DNA of 64,000 bases from Octopus sinensis (taxonomy: Eukaryota): contig NC_043008.1 of NCBI RefSeq assembly GCF_006345805.1, positions 16,058,001 through 16,122,000 of the forward strand, given 5' to 3'. Under the pieces are notes generated by a model that did not search any database, was not told where the DNA came from, and was given only the letters and a program-made list of their open reading frames with translations. Positions 52,201-64,000 of this stretch are shown here, piece by piece. Both the position numbers and the translations under genes were made by a program. Within the stretch, counting starts at the first letter, position 1. The number at the start of each line of letters is the position of its first letter.

Positions 52201-55200
52201 GTATTCTATTCTTAGCTACAATAGCGGCAACATGAAGTTCTTCTATATTTCTTTTTTAAAACATTTGAGAAAAAAATATATTAATGTGTCCTACTTGTTA
52301 AAATTCCATTTATTTGTTTGTGCAGCTGAAGATGACATTGCTTTTAAATTGATGTAAATGATTGCATTGTCCAATTAAATGGAACCGCTTGAAACCCTCG
52401 TACTGCATCACTACTTGATATTCTGTTGCTTATTCTGATTTTACATACATTATATATATATATATATATTTATATATACCTAGAGAAAAACTGATAGGTA
52501 TATAGGTACATAGGAAAGATCATGGCAATTAGGATTTCAAGTTTTGTATATTTGCTAATTGAACCAGCATGCTGAAGTCGAAAATCAAAACTTGTAGTAC
52601 TTGTCAACTTTATATGTACAATAAAATCGTGTCTGATTATAATATTACTCTCTCAGTAAATATTACAACGTTATTCTGAAACGTGCTTGAAAAAAAAAAC
52701 ATATTGTCACAGACCTACAAGCAAGACTGTGCACAAACGCGTGATATATTTTGCTAGGCTGTTCGTGAGTAAATAAATGTGAAAAGATAAAGATATGACA
52801 CATTTTTTTACATGACAATTAGTTGTTCTCCTCTATTAAATCTTTTATTCGCAGACACATGAGCTTATTTTTTTTTTATCACAAAATGCATTCCGCATTG
52901 GCGATATAAAGGAAATTGTTATAACATGCTTTACTAGCAGTACACAACATATTTGACACTATGTTTACTAGGTTATTAATTTCTTTCACAACTATAATCT
53001 GCCAGTTCAACTGACATGTACGATTGCTTCTACAATAAAATGAAATCGAGCCAAATCTCAAAAATGAATTTCTATTGGTTGACTTACGAAAAACCACGAG
53101 AGATATCGTGTACATCGTTGTTTGAAAAATTTGACGTCTTGTTCAATTTTAAAAACACCAGAAGAATTATGGTTGTTTATGGCAAACTCCAGTAGTATGC
53201 ATAATTTCCTAAAAACAAATGCCATTCGATATATATGTTTTTATATTATTACAACAGTATCTTCCAACTCTCGGTAAAACATTTCAATCATACGTCATGG
53301 AATTTATCTCCCTTATAATTTAAAGAATTCCGCCGATCTTTGAAATCTGTCGCAGATCTCCAGTTTCCAAGTGTCATTGATTAAAAGAAAAAATAACAGA
53401 ACAGTCTCTGGTTTAATATTTCATATTTCATATTTCCTTTGTAAAATGTCTACTCACAAGAAGTAGACGATTTGCCCACATTTGAAGGAGCTCCAAGTAA
53501 ATCAAATGCGGCAAGTCTTTATCCCTGAAGCGTTTTTGAAACATAATTTCATATTGTCGGTAATGCCTCCAGGGAAATAATATATACAAGAATATAGATA
53601 TAATTAATTCTCAGAAGAACCAATGGGTTTTTAATTAATAGACTGTATATGATGTAGTGACAAAGATAGTAAATAACTTAACTAAATACTTTGCACTCTG
53701 TCTCTCCACAATCCGGTTACAACCAGTGTCGATTCTTATCGTAATGAATAATTAAGTTCTACGTATGTACTGCAATCGATACATACGACTCTTTCTTCAT
53801 GCTAAAAGTGTTTGGCAAGGTGCCAATGTCAGATATTAATAATTCATAATTCGTATATAATAGACAGATAGAGATTCAGAAGCATTAGATAATAGTACTG
53901 TATGCAGGATTCTATTTAATTTCGTACATCTATAATGTGAGATCACAATTTCTCAAGAGAGCGACAAAATAAGAGTTATGTTTAGCAAATTTATATTGTG
54001 CTTCGATAGATGTGTAACCTTATTAAAATGTACTAAATCCTTAATTAGTTAATTAGTGAAGATGGTATAAGAATGTATTACAATAGTGTTCGAAATGCAG
54101 ATTTATGGTATCTAGTCATTAACAGTAATTTATAATTATCCTAAGTAATTTTCTATTGGCATAAGATCAACGGCTAGAAAGAGGAGAAAGGTATTCTGGG
54201 CCCTTGCACTTTAGTTCATTAACTTATAATTAAAGTAATAAGCTTTTTGGCTTTGCCTTCTTTCCCTCAAATTTTCACCAACAGTTGAAATTACGTATTC
54301 TTTACTAATCATTGAAATTGAACGAATGGGCCATCTCTATGGACCTTCTTATAAACTAACTTATCCTCGGTGTAATTTGTTACCCATTAGATCAGATACC
54401 AGATTTTATCTCGTATAAATATGTAACTTGAGTTGTTATAGACATGATCAACATGAAAATAGAGAACTGTTGATTTAACACATGATTAATTATGTTGCTC
54501 TGCCGTGTTCACCTTTTCACCTGCAGCCTTGTGTATGAGAAAATCATTCATATTTTCATAATATATCATATATATCTATGATGTCTCCACACCAATAAAA
54601 CGGCCGTTCCATGAATAAATTCACTGTTAATATCCTGTATTGAATGGCTAATAGAATATATTGAATGAAAATAAAATTAACGTGTCTCTATGTTATTACG
54701 GAAATCTTAAATATTCTTATATTCGGGTTTAATGGTTCTACGTAATGGTTCGCATCAATATTTCGAGAGATGCGATTCGATACCAGATTAGAAATTTAAA
54801 TCATTAACAATATTGGAAAGTTGTACCATAACACGGAGATTCGCCCCCAATAAAAGTAACAGTAACAAAAGAGAACAGTAGCGAAAACAACAATCTCAAC
54901 TACCAGAAAGTATAACCTCATAACTGAAAGTATAACCATATAACAGAAGGATCTAAAGGGTTTATGAGGATAGGGAATAAAATAAGGGTGAACGGGAGTG
55001 GTAGAATTCCTCACAAAACAAAAGACTTAACACGACAAAAAAAAATCAGTAGGTCTGATAAATAAAAGATAAAGGTGCGTAAATGTGTGCAACTTTTAGG
55101 AGATACATCGATGAATAAGAAATCATCTATTACGGGAGAGTGTGACAACCAGTTTTTTTTTTCCCCTGGACAAAATGAAATACAAAGAACTTTGCAATAT

Positions 55201-55515
55201 TAAAAGACCTAGAAAAACACTTATACAGGGTATACTAGAGATCTCCAGACACTGTGGTTGTCACAATGCAAATGGGATAAGTTTTTCAGCAACATAAAAT
55301 GATAAAACACTAGATGTGTGTCCTCACTTGTCCACAATAATGCAAGACGCAAAATTCATCGTTTAGGAGAAGATGATGTTCCTAACTCCATCCACGTATT
55401 GTTACTAAATTTGTAACCAATTATTATAATTATTTTAATTATTAGTATTATTGACTGAGAGAGAGAGAGAGAGACCAGTGCATGTCATCAAAGTGACATT
55501 AGGATAAAATATACG

Positions 55516-55686
55516 AAGGCGTAGGAGTGGCTGTGTAGTAAGTAGCTTGCTTACGAACCACATGGTTCTGGGATCAGTCCCACTGCGTGGCACCTTGGGC
55601 AAGTGTCTTCTACTATAGCCTCGGGCCGACCAAAGCCTTGTGACTGAATTTGGTAGACGGAAACTGCAAGAAGCCCGTCGTATATA

Positions 55687-55727
<41 letters not shown>

Positions 55728-55927
55728 TTGTCCTCTCAACATCGCTTGACATCCGATGTTGGTATGTTTACGTCCCCGTAACTTAGCGGTTCGGCAAAAG
55801 AGACCGATAGAAAAAGAAGTACTAGGCTTACAAAGAATAAGTCCTGGGGTCGATTTGCTCGACTAAAGGCGGTGCTCCAGCATGGCCACAGTCACATGAC
55901 TGAAACAAGTAAAAGAGAGTAAAAGAG
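55516..55927 (+). mobile_element. family-C SINE, full length
   Basis: AAGGCGTAGGAGTGGCTGTGTAGTAAGTAGCTTGCTTAC head, internal (TA)n(TG)n, GACTGAAACAAGTAAAAGAGAGTAAAAGAG tail. Confidence 0.93.
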
Positions 55928-55930
55928 AAG

Positions 55931-56405
55931 CCTAATATACCCATCGTGACTACCCCTTCTGATAAGGGCACATCAGTCACAAGCACCACAGCCATATTTG
56001 CGCGACATGGTGGTCTCATATCAAGATAAACAGCACATAACCTTGCATGTGGTCCCAGTAAGAATTTTCTTTCAATCTACTCAGGAATTCTCTGAATAAA
56101 GTTTGTTTAAGGATGATGAATGAAACACCCGCATCTCCAGAGGTGAGTTATTCAAACCCCAAAAGTTCCTCTCAAGATATGGCTACGGTACTCCTGCTCC
56201 GGATCAGCAATGCACTTATCGTCAGCCACTAAGAGACATGCTCAAATGGTTAATGTCAAACAACTGACAAACATATCTGTGGTGGTGAGCAGCATATTTG
56301 TTGTAGCCCATTTTATATACCGAGATAAAACATTGTAAATGATAACACTTCCATTCAGTTAAGATCAGTAGCCATGAGAGCCACTGCCTGGTACTGGATC
56401 AGGAC
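55931..56405 (-). mobile_element. second copy of unclassified repeat U1
   Basis: Reverse complement CTGATCCAGTACCAGGCAGTGGCTCTCATGGC... matches 48819-49225 and is longer at the 3' side. Confidence 0.8.
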
Positions 56406-56451
<46 letters not shown>

Positions 56452-56454
<3 letters not shown>

Positions 56455-59197
56455 TAGTTTTATTTTTATAGCGTGCTTTCACTTCACTACCGAGCGCAGC
56501 TCTGTGTGCCTTGGGTATGTGCTGTGATTTGTTGTGATGCTCTGATGGTTATTGTATGGAAAGTGTTCTGCGTAGGATCTGTGCAGTGCCTAGTAGTACA
56601 ATTTTCTGTATGTTATATGTGTTTGTAAGTCCTGGTGTTTTTGTTATGTATTTGTCTGAATATTTTTTTATCATGCCTAATGCACCTACTATGATAGGAA
56701 TTGTTTCTGTTTTCAGGTTCCACATTCTAGTTACCTCTATTTCCAGGTCTTTGTATTTTGAGAGTTTCTCCATTTCTTTTAGAGACACGTTGTCATCTGC
56801 CGGTATTGATACATCAATTAGAAAGCATTTTTTTTCTTCATGATCTCTGACAACTATATCTGGTCTGTTGGCCTTAATTTCTCTATCTGTGTGTATCGGC
56901 ATATCCCAGAGTATGGTTGCTTTCTCGTTTTCTGTGACCTTTTCTGATGTGTGCCTATACCATCTTTTTTCTGTTGTTATTCCATAATGTTGGCATAGCT
57001 TCCAATGTATGTAGGTTCCAACTCTGTCATGTCTGTGAATATATTCCTTCTTAGCCAGGACTGGGCAGCTAGAGATAATATGATTTATTGTTTCTTGTCG
57101 TCTCCACATATTCTGCAGTTACTTGTAATATTTCTTTTCATTACATGTTTTTGGTAATTTCTGGTGGGGAGGCTTTGGTCTTGTGCTGCAATTAAAAATC
57201 CCTCTGTTTCTGCTTTGAGTCCTGAGCTTCTCAACCATTGCTGGGATTTTTTTGTCTATTTCTTTTGCGTTTAGTTTAGTGCAGTATTTACCATGAAGGG
57301 GCTTTTCTTGCCATCGTTTTATCATGGCTCGTTGCTGTTCTATTTTTAGTTTGGATTTCATTTGTTTTATAGCTTTTGTTGTTTCTTCATCATCTTCTTC
57401 TTCTTCTTCTTTGTGTTTATTAGGTGGTATGATTTCTTGTTTGTATTTGTTAGCTTCCTTAAATACTGAGAACAGTTTTTTGTTTTGCTCGTGTTTTGCT
57501 GATATCTGGATCAGTTTTCCTTCCTTCTGAAGTAGGTATTTTTGCAGTCCTATGGTGGTTATTTTATAGTAGTTTTCCAGCTGTATAAGGCCTCTACCAC
57601 CTTCTATACGTTGTATATATAGTCTTTCTATGTCAGATTTTGGGTGATGCATCCTAGATCCTGTCAGTATTTTTCTTGTTTTCCTATCTATTTTGGACAG
57701 TTCATTTCGTGTCCAGTTAAGGATATTGTAGCTGTAACTTATAACTGGGACAGCTAAAGTGTTGATACCTATTATCTTGTTTTTAGCATTGAGCTCTGTT
57801 TTTAGTATTGATCTAACTCGTCTATAATATTCTTTTTTATTTTCTCTTTCATTTGTGTGTGTTGTGTCTTATCTAGTTCATGGATTCCTAAGTATTTGTA
57901 AGTTTGGCTTTGGTCTAATTCTTTTATTTCATTGGTTTTATCTAGTGTGATGTTGTTACTCTTAACTAGTTTTCCTCTTTTCATGGTTACTTTGGTGCAT
58001 TTTTCTAATCCAAATTTCATATCTATTTCTTTGGTAAATCCATGAACTGTCTTTAATAGTGTTTCCAGCTGTTTGTCATTTGCAGCGTATAGTTTTAGGT
58101 CATCCAATATAAAAGGTGGCTGATCGTTTTGCCGTAACATTTATATCCGCATCCAGTTCTATTTAGCACATCAGATAGAGGTGACAGTGCCAAGCAGAAA
58201 AGGAGTGGAGAGAGGCGTGTCTCCCTGGAATATTCCTCTTCTAATGGGGATGTCTTTGGTTTTCATGAGTCCCTCTTTTGTTTGGAGGTGTAGGACTGTT
58301 TGCCATTTATTCATAGAGTGCTCTATGAATTTTATGATTGTTGGTGCTACTTTGTTAATGGCTAGTGTTTCGAGGATCCATGTGTGGGGGATGCTATCAA
58401 ACGCCTTTTTGTAGTCAATCCAGGCCATACTGAGGCCTTTCTTCTTTCTGTGGCTGTCTTCAGTTATGGCTTTATTAATCATTAGTTGATCTTTACAGCC
58501 ATATGAGCCCTTGCGGCATCCTTTCTGCTCTTCTGGGAACAGTTTGTTTTCGTCCAGGTGCTTGTTCAGCCTTTGCGATATCACTGCAGTAAATGCCTTG
58601 AACATAGTAGGGAGGCAGATTATTGGTCTGTAGTTTTCTGGTTTTGTTGTTTCATTTGATTTGGGAATTAAGATGGTTTTCCCCTTCGTGAGCCATTCAG
58701 GCATTGTCTCTGGCTCTGCTAGTATGTTGTTAAAGTTTTCAGCCAGCTTTTTGTGCATTCCTGTTAGATATTTCAACCAGAAGTTGGGGATCTTGTCATG
58801 CCCAGGTGCCTTCCAGTTGCTTAGTTTTTGCAGTGCCTGGGTGACCTCTTCAGTTGTTATGGGGGTCCAAAGTTGTTCAGATGCCGAGTTTGTTATTTTC
58901 ATACTCCTTTTTTTTGGCTGTTCGTTCGCCGACCATATTTCTTTCCAGAATTCTTCCAATTCTTCTGCCGTTGGTGCTGCAGTAACTTCTATTTTATTTT
59001 TGCCCAGTTCTTGGTAGAACTTTTTGGGGTCGGAGTTGAACTTTTTGTTCTGTTCAAAGAAGCGTTGGCGTTTCTCGTACCGGCGGATCCTTTGAGCTTT
59101 GGCAAGGATATCTTGCTTCAGCTTTTCTTTTATCTCCGGCAAATCTTTTTCTGTGATGTTATATTTGCGGAGCATTTTTGTTCTCTTTTTGTTGCTC
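56452..59197 (-). mobile_element. R4/Dong-clade non-LTR retrotransposon, 5'-truncated, inserted in (AAT)n
   Basis: RT motifs (PGHDKIPNFWLK, NYRPIICL, WIDYKKAFDSIPH, RGIFQGD, DDLKLY), HPKSDIERLY...EGGRGL, CCHC knuckle (C..C...ETINHIISSC), RHD and restriction-like endonuclease (NRPDIV...IDVSIP...EKLSKY). ~100-nt 3' UTR with AATAAA. (ATT)n on both sides (56409-56451; from 59198). Confidence 0.93.
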
Positions 59198-59199
59198 AT
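56549..59199 (-). pseudogene. RT + restriction-like endonuclease ORF of the R4/Dong element, split by single-base frameshifts
   Basis: ORF pieces 58171-59199, 57802-58140, 57119-57652 and 56549-57109, plus bridging frames, join into one protein with about five indels. I found no in-frame stop. Confidence 0.88.
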
Positions 59200-59214
59200 T
59201 ATTATTATTATTGC

Positions 59215-59245
<31 letters not shown>

Positions 59246-59260
59246 TATTATTATTATTAA

Positions 59261-59298
<38 letters not shown>

Positions 59299-59322
59299 TA
59301 GTAGTAGTAGTAGTAGTAGTAT
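59198..59322. repeat. (ATT)n-(AGT)n compound microsatellite
   Basis: Directly visible. Confidence 0.95.
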
Positions 59323-59329
59323 TGTGGCT

Positions 59330-60830
59330 TCAGACATGGCATCCACACACGAATCTTCGCTGGTGAGTTTTTTTTTCTAATTTTGCTGCTTTTGTTGTTC
59401 TCGGCCGCTGAAATTGTAACTGCTGTTTTGCGAATGTATTCAATTATCTTCTGAAAGTGTTTCACCCTATTTCAATTACGGAATTCAGACAGAAAGCCTG
59501 TTCTGAAATGTTTCTCGGGCATATTTTTCAGTCTATCCCTTTTCACATGGCCAGCACTATTTTAAAGAGAGGAGTGGCTATAGGTCAAAATCTATCTGCT
59601 TCCTCGTGTTCAATCGACACGAAGCATAGTGCTCAGCCAGGCGTATCGGTCGCCACTCCCTTTGACTTTTGCAAAAAGCCCACAGACAATAACATCAACG
59701 AAGACCAACACCTACATCACCACTATCATCACCACCGCCGACTTCAAGAAAATCGCCAACAGCCAAAACAGGAACACTAATACTAGCACGACCCGCGACA
59801 TCTCCAACAACAACAACAACAATAACGACATCGGCAAGAACGACACTAACAACAATAATAGTAGTAATGAATCTAGCAGCAACAACAACGATAATATTGA
59901 TGTAGGTGTTTTGAAAAACCTATTGGGTAAGAGCATCTTGGAAGGCCCGTTTAAAGGCCATGAAAATGGTTCAACCCAAACCAAGATTAAGTCATTGACT
60001 CTTCTTTCGTTTCTTCTCCTGGTTGAATGACAATCCTAAGATTAGGTTGTACAAATGCTCGTGGACTGAGGAAAGCGTGGAAACAGGGGCACCTGCCCAA
60101 CGACATCAGGTCACTATGTCTGGATGCAGCAGCCATATTTGGAACTGGGATTTCCGAAACGCAGTCGCTTGCTCTTCTTCTGGACGACTACGAGGTTTAT
60201 ACCTCCTCTGGTCGGCCTGGATCAAATGGCGTTGTGGTGCTTTTTTGGAAAGGCCTAGACTCGAAGATGAATACGGTTTTCTTCCGTAGGTTGGTGATCT
60301 TGGACATAAGCAACAAAGAAAGCAACAGGGACTCTTCAGACTAGTGGCAGTCTATGCCCCAATAAGAGTTGAATGGCCAGATTTTTTTAGACCTCTAGAG
60401 GCTTCCTTAAGGTCATCCCACTCATTAGTGTTAGTGGGCGACTAGAATGCGATCTTAGACACAAGCAAAGATTATGCGGGGTACAAAAGCCGCATTAATT
60501 TCCTCAGGCATTTCCAACTTTATGACAGGCTTCTCCTCGATCACCGAAAAACACCAGTGTGGACGTGGTCAAATAGCAGAACAGTGGGTCATCCAGCTCA
60601 TACTTAGATAAGGTTTCTTATGAGGCTAGCAGAAAAGCATACTATAAGTTGCCCTCATTTTCAAATCGTTAGATATTCAGATGAAAAATTCTGGAACTTT
60701 AATCAACTTGAGGAAAGAATCAGACTAAGATGAACGCATCCTCCCTGGCGCAGAAAGATTTCAGGGACTGGGTTAGTAGACCAATTAAACAGAAACTGGT
60801 GGGAACCATCGTCAACTACAGACGCTTTGT
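59330..60830 (+). mobile_element. decayed L1/Tx1-like LINE: possible ORF1 remnant plus AP-endonuclease 5' part of ORF2
   Basis: From 60027: MTILRLGCTNARGLRK...SGRPGSNGVVVLF...RLVILDI/FRLVAVYAP...LVLVGD*NAILD...VWTWSNS...YLDKV, typical APE motifs, with stops and frameshifts. The upstream ORF1 assignment is weak. Confidence 0.68.
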
Positions 60831-61394
60831 TATTGCATGAATACATCTTTGTTTTCGATATTTTTAACGTTAGATTTTATTCTGTAAATTATGAAGCAGT
60901 GCATATGAAATTGTGTTGTAAAGTATTTGAAACTCAAAATTGTTTTAATTACATAAATCCTTCATGCTTAAACTATTCAATTCAATTTATTACAATTGTA
61001 TAGAATCGCAGGATGAGTGTCATCACATTTTGAGTGCTTTGCAATTTGTACGCGAATGATTATAAATTTATTTAATATATTCTCTCCGACTACTAGTTCC
61101 ACAAGATCTGTGAGGGTCGAGACCTCTCGGTGATCCTTAATAGGGTCTTATTAGAAGCAATCGTAAATACAATTTCCGTGTGGATTCCGAAGCGTGATTG
61201 ATTGCCACGATGGATATTTTGCCACCATCTCATTCTTCGTCTCCTGGTGTTTGGTACAGCTTTCGGTATCTTTCTTCGATCCTTTCTCACGACATCGTAA
61301 TTTCATGTCTGATGTACTGGAGGTACGGCTATTCAACGCGGAGAAGAAGAAATTTGAGCTGGAGATATTCTCTGTTCTGTACACTACACAGTCT

Positions 61395-61590
61395 GTCGGG
61401 CGGCAAACTAACAGGACTATTATCACACCGAGCCTTGCATTTCGTCCGTTTTACATTCCGAGTTAAAATGCCGATTATGCTTCTCATCCTTTCGGGGGAG
61501 ATAAAATAAGCACAAGTTGATGTAATCGACGTATTTCCTTCCTCACACCTGCTGGCCTTGTGCCAACATTTGAAATCAATATTATCCCCA
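61395..61590 (+). mobile_element. degenerate family-B SINE
   Basis: GGGCGGCAAACTAACAGG head...ATTTCGTCCGTTTTACATTCCGAGTT...CATCCTTTCGGGG...GATGTAATCGAC...CTGGCCTTGTGCC. Confidence 0.65.
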
Positions 61591-62564
61591 TTTGGGCGGT
61601 AGACATTCGAAAATGAACTGTCTCGGTATTTACCCTATATTTATAAACGTAAGTGGCGACAGGTATGGAAAACCAATTGATAATTGCAAGTTTTGATTTT
61701 TTCAATCACCTTCTCATCTGGGATTTATGCTCCGTCACCATAAGCAGCGATATATCGTTTTGTGTTTTATAACGTATAAAAGTGATTTTTTGAATAATTC
61801 TGAGCCACCTTCCCGAATAATTCTGCACAGCAACCACTAAGGGATTGGCATAGAAACTGAACTCAAGATTCTTTGGCGAATTTTTGTCGTGGCGCTATAA
61901 ATTTATGGTTCTCTTAGTAGTTACCAGTAATATCTGATTTCATTTCTGTGTGTGAAAATCAAAACGCTCAGCAAATAATAGAAATATTACAGATAGGAAT
62001 GTCATAGAAAAATTTGTGAGAAATAAATTTGATATAGATATATAGAATTACAGAATTCTATAAATTTCTTTTGTGCAGACTAAATGGATAATGACGTTGC
62101 TTACATGAGAATAAAATGAGAATAAAAAATAAAGATAAAACCAAAAAAAAAGTATGGAAAAGAGGAAAAGAAAATACAGCAAAAAATTATAAACCTCAAC
62201 AATTCGAAAGTACAATTAGTTTTAAGCAAGTTTCTATAATGCTGCATGCTTGAAGTGAAGTAATAATTTCTTTGGTACAGTAATAATAGCAAAGGCGGTG
62301 ACATTAGAGAAATTTCTGCTTCAATTTATCACCTCCCATTTCTTATATTTGAATGAGAAAATTTCGTCCCCAGTTAATATTGAGTTCAATAGAAACGTCC
62401 TTCTGGTGGAAAAGGCATTTCAGACTTTTGGTCACGATTTTCTACAAATTTAATTTCCGGTAAGAGAGGGGGAAAAAAATAAAAGAATTTTGAATTCAAT
62501 TCGTTTTATTTTTCTGCTAATTTATTTCAAAACTGTTGCACATTTCATACACATATATACGGCC

Positions 62565-63175
<611 letters not shown>

Positions 63176-63204
63176 ACATTTCCTATGATGGGTATTCTGA
63201 GAGG

Positions 63205-63207
<3 letters not shown>

Positions 63208-63245
<38 letters not shown>
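63208..63245. repeat. (TC)n microsatellite
   Basis: Directly visible. Confidence 0.95.
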
Positions 63246-63248
<3 letters not shown>

Positions 63249-64000
63249 GAGCTTCAGGCTATGTTACGTGCTTATACACAAAAATATGATGTTATCCCAA
63301 GTCTGCGTCTGTCTTCTCAATTAAAATACGTATCTATTTCCAACTCTCTTTTCGCTTATGTATGTGCGAGGATGCCTTTGTGTGTGCTAGAACGTGTGAG
63401 CACGTGCGATCGTGTGAACGTGTGCGAGAGTGAGAGTGAGAGTGTGTGTGAGCGTGTGAGTGTTTACTCGTTTATGTGCACGTGTATGTGTTGTCTGTGT
63501 GGAGTCAAATGCAATTATTTTGCATCGCAACGAATTTGTGTAGATCTTACAATACAGATATACATCTACACGTATGTATATTTACATACACACGTGTTCA
63601 CACGCACGCTCACACACAAACACACACATATGCTTATGTGTGTGTGTGTGTGCAATTTGTCAATGTATCACTAGTTCAAATCCGATACTATCAAACAAAT
63701 CGATCCCAGTACTTATTTTCTAAAGCCTTGTTCTTATTCTACATGTTTCGTTTCCCGATCAGATGGTTGGAGACAAGCAGACAAAAATACACACACATAG
63801 ACGAGCTTCTTTCAATTTTTGTCTACCAGATCCATTTGTAAGGATTTGATCGATCCGAAGCTAACCCCCCCCCCACACACACACACGCATACACACAAAT
63901 GTACCCCTGCATACTATATAAAACACTTGAACGGGACTGGACCCCGAAGAATGTAGTCGGAAATCAAACTTCCTACTACACATCCGCATCAAATATCTGT

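Noticed and set aside
61093-61400. Overlapping ORFs on both strands / possible Helitron motif (KLYLRLLL)
   Set aside because: Single short motif, flanked by stops, with no other helicase or Rep motifs.
63244-63262. CTGAAGAGCTTCAGGCT as a hammerhead
   Set aside because: The core start and a 3-bp stem are present, but GAAA, stem III and stem I are absent.

Overview
AT-rich, microsatellite-saturated eukaryotic genomic DNA, most likely Octopus, inferred from SINE, Penelope-like and R4/Dong repeats that I recognise from memory as octopus-type. No host gene can be called confidently, only a few low-confidence candidate exons. Almost all short ORFs are microsatellite artefacts. The window is a stack of mobile-element debris: at least 14 tRNA-derived SINE copies or fragments (three families), three mariner deletion derivatives, a rearranged Tigger/pogo relic, HERO, RTE and Tx1/L1-like LINE fragments, a 2.7-kb 5'-truncated R4/Dong-clade LINE in (AAT)n, two MITEs and two local tandem duplications. 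The most striking signal is a recurring hammerhead-ribozyme (HHR) theme. One complete-looking type I HHR (44597-44700) lies inside a perfect 133-bp inverted repeat whose right arm starts exactly at the predicted self-cleavage site. About eight decayed HHR-like cores lie elsewhere, several in head-to-head palindromes, consistent with Penelope-derived or retrozyme-like non-autonomous elements. All alignments and folds were done by eye; no searches were run.
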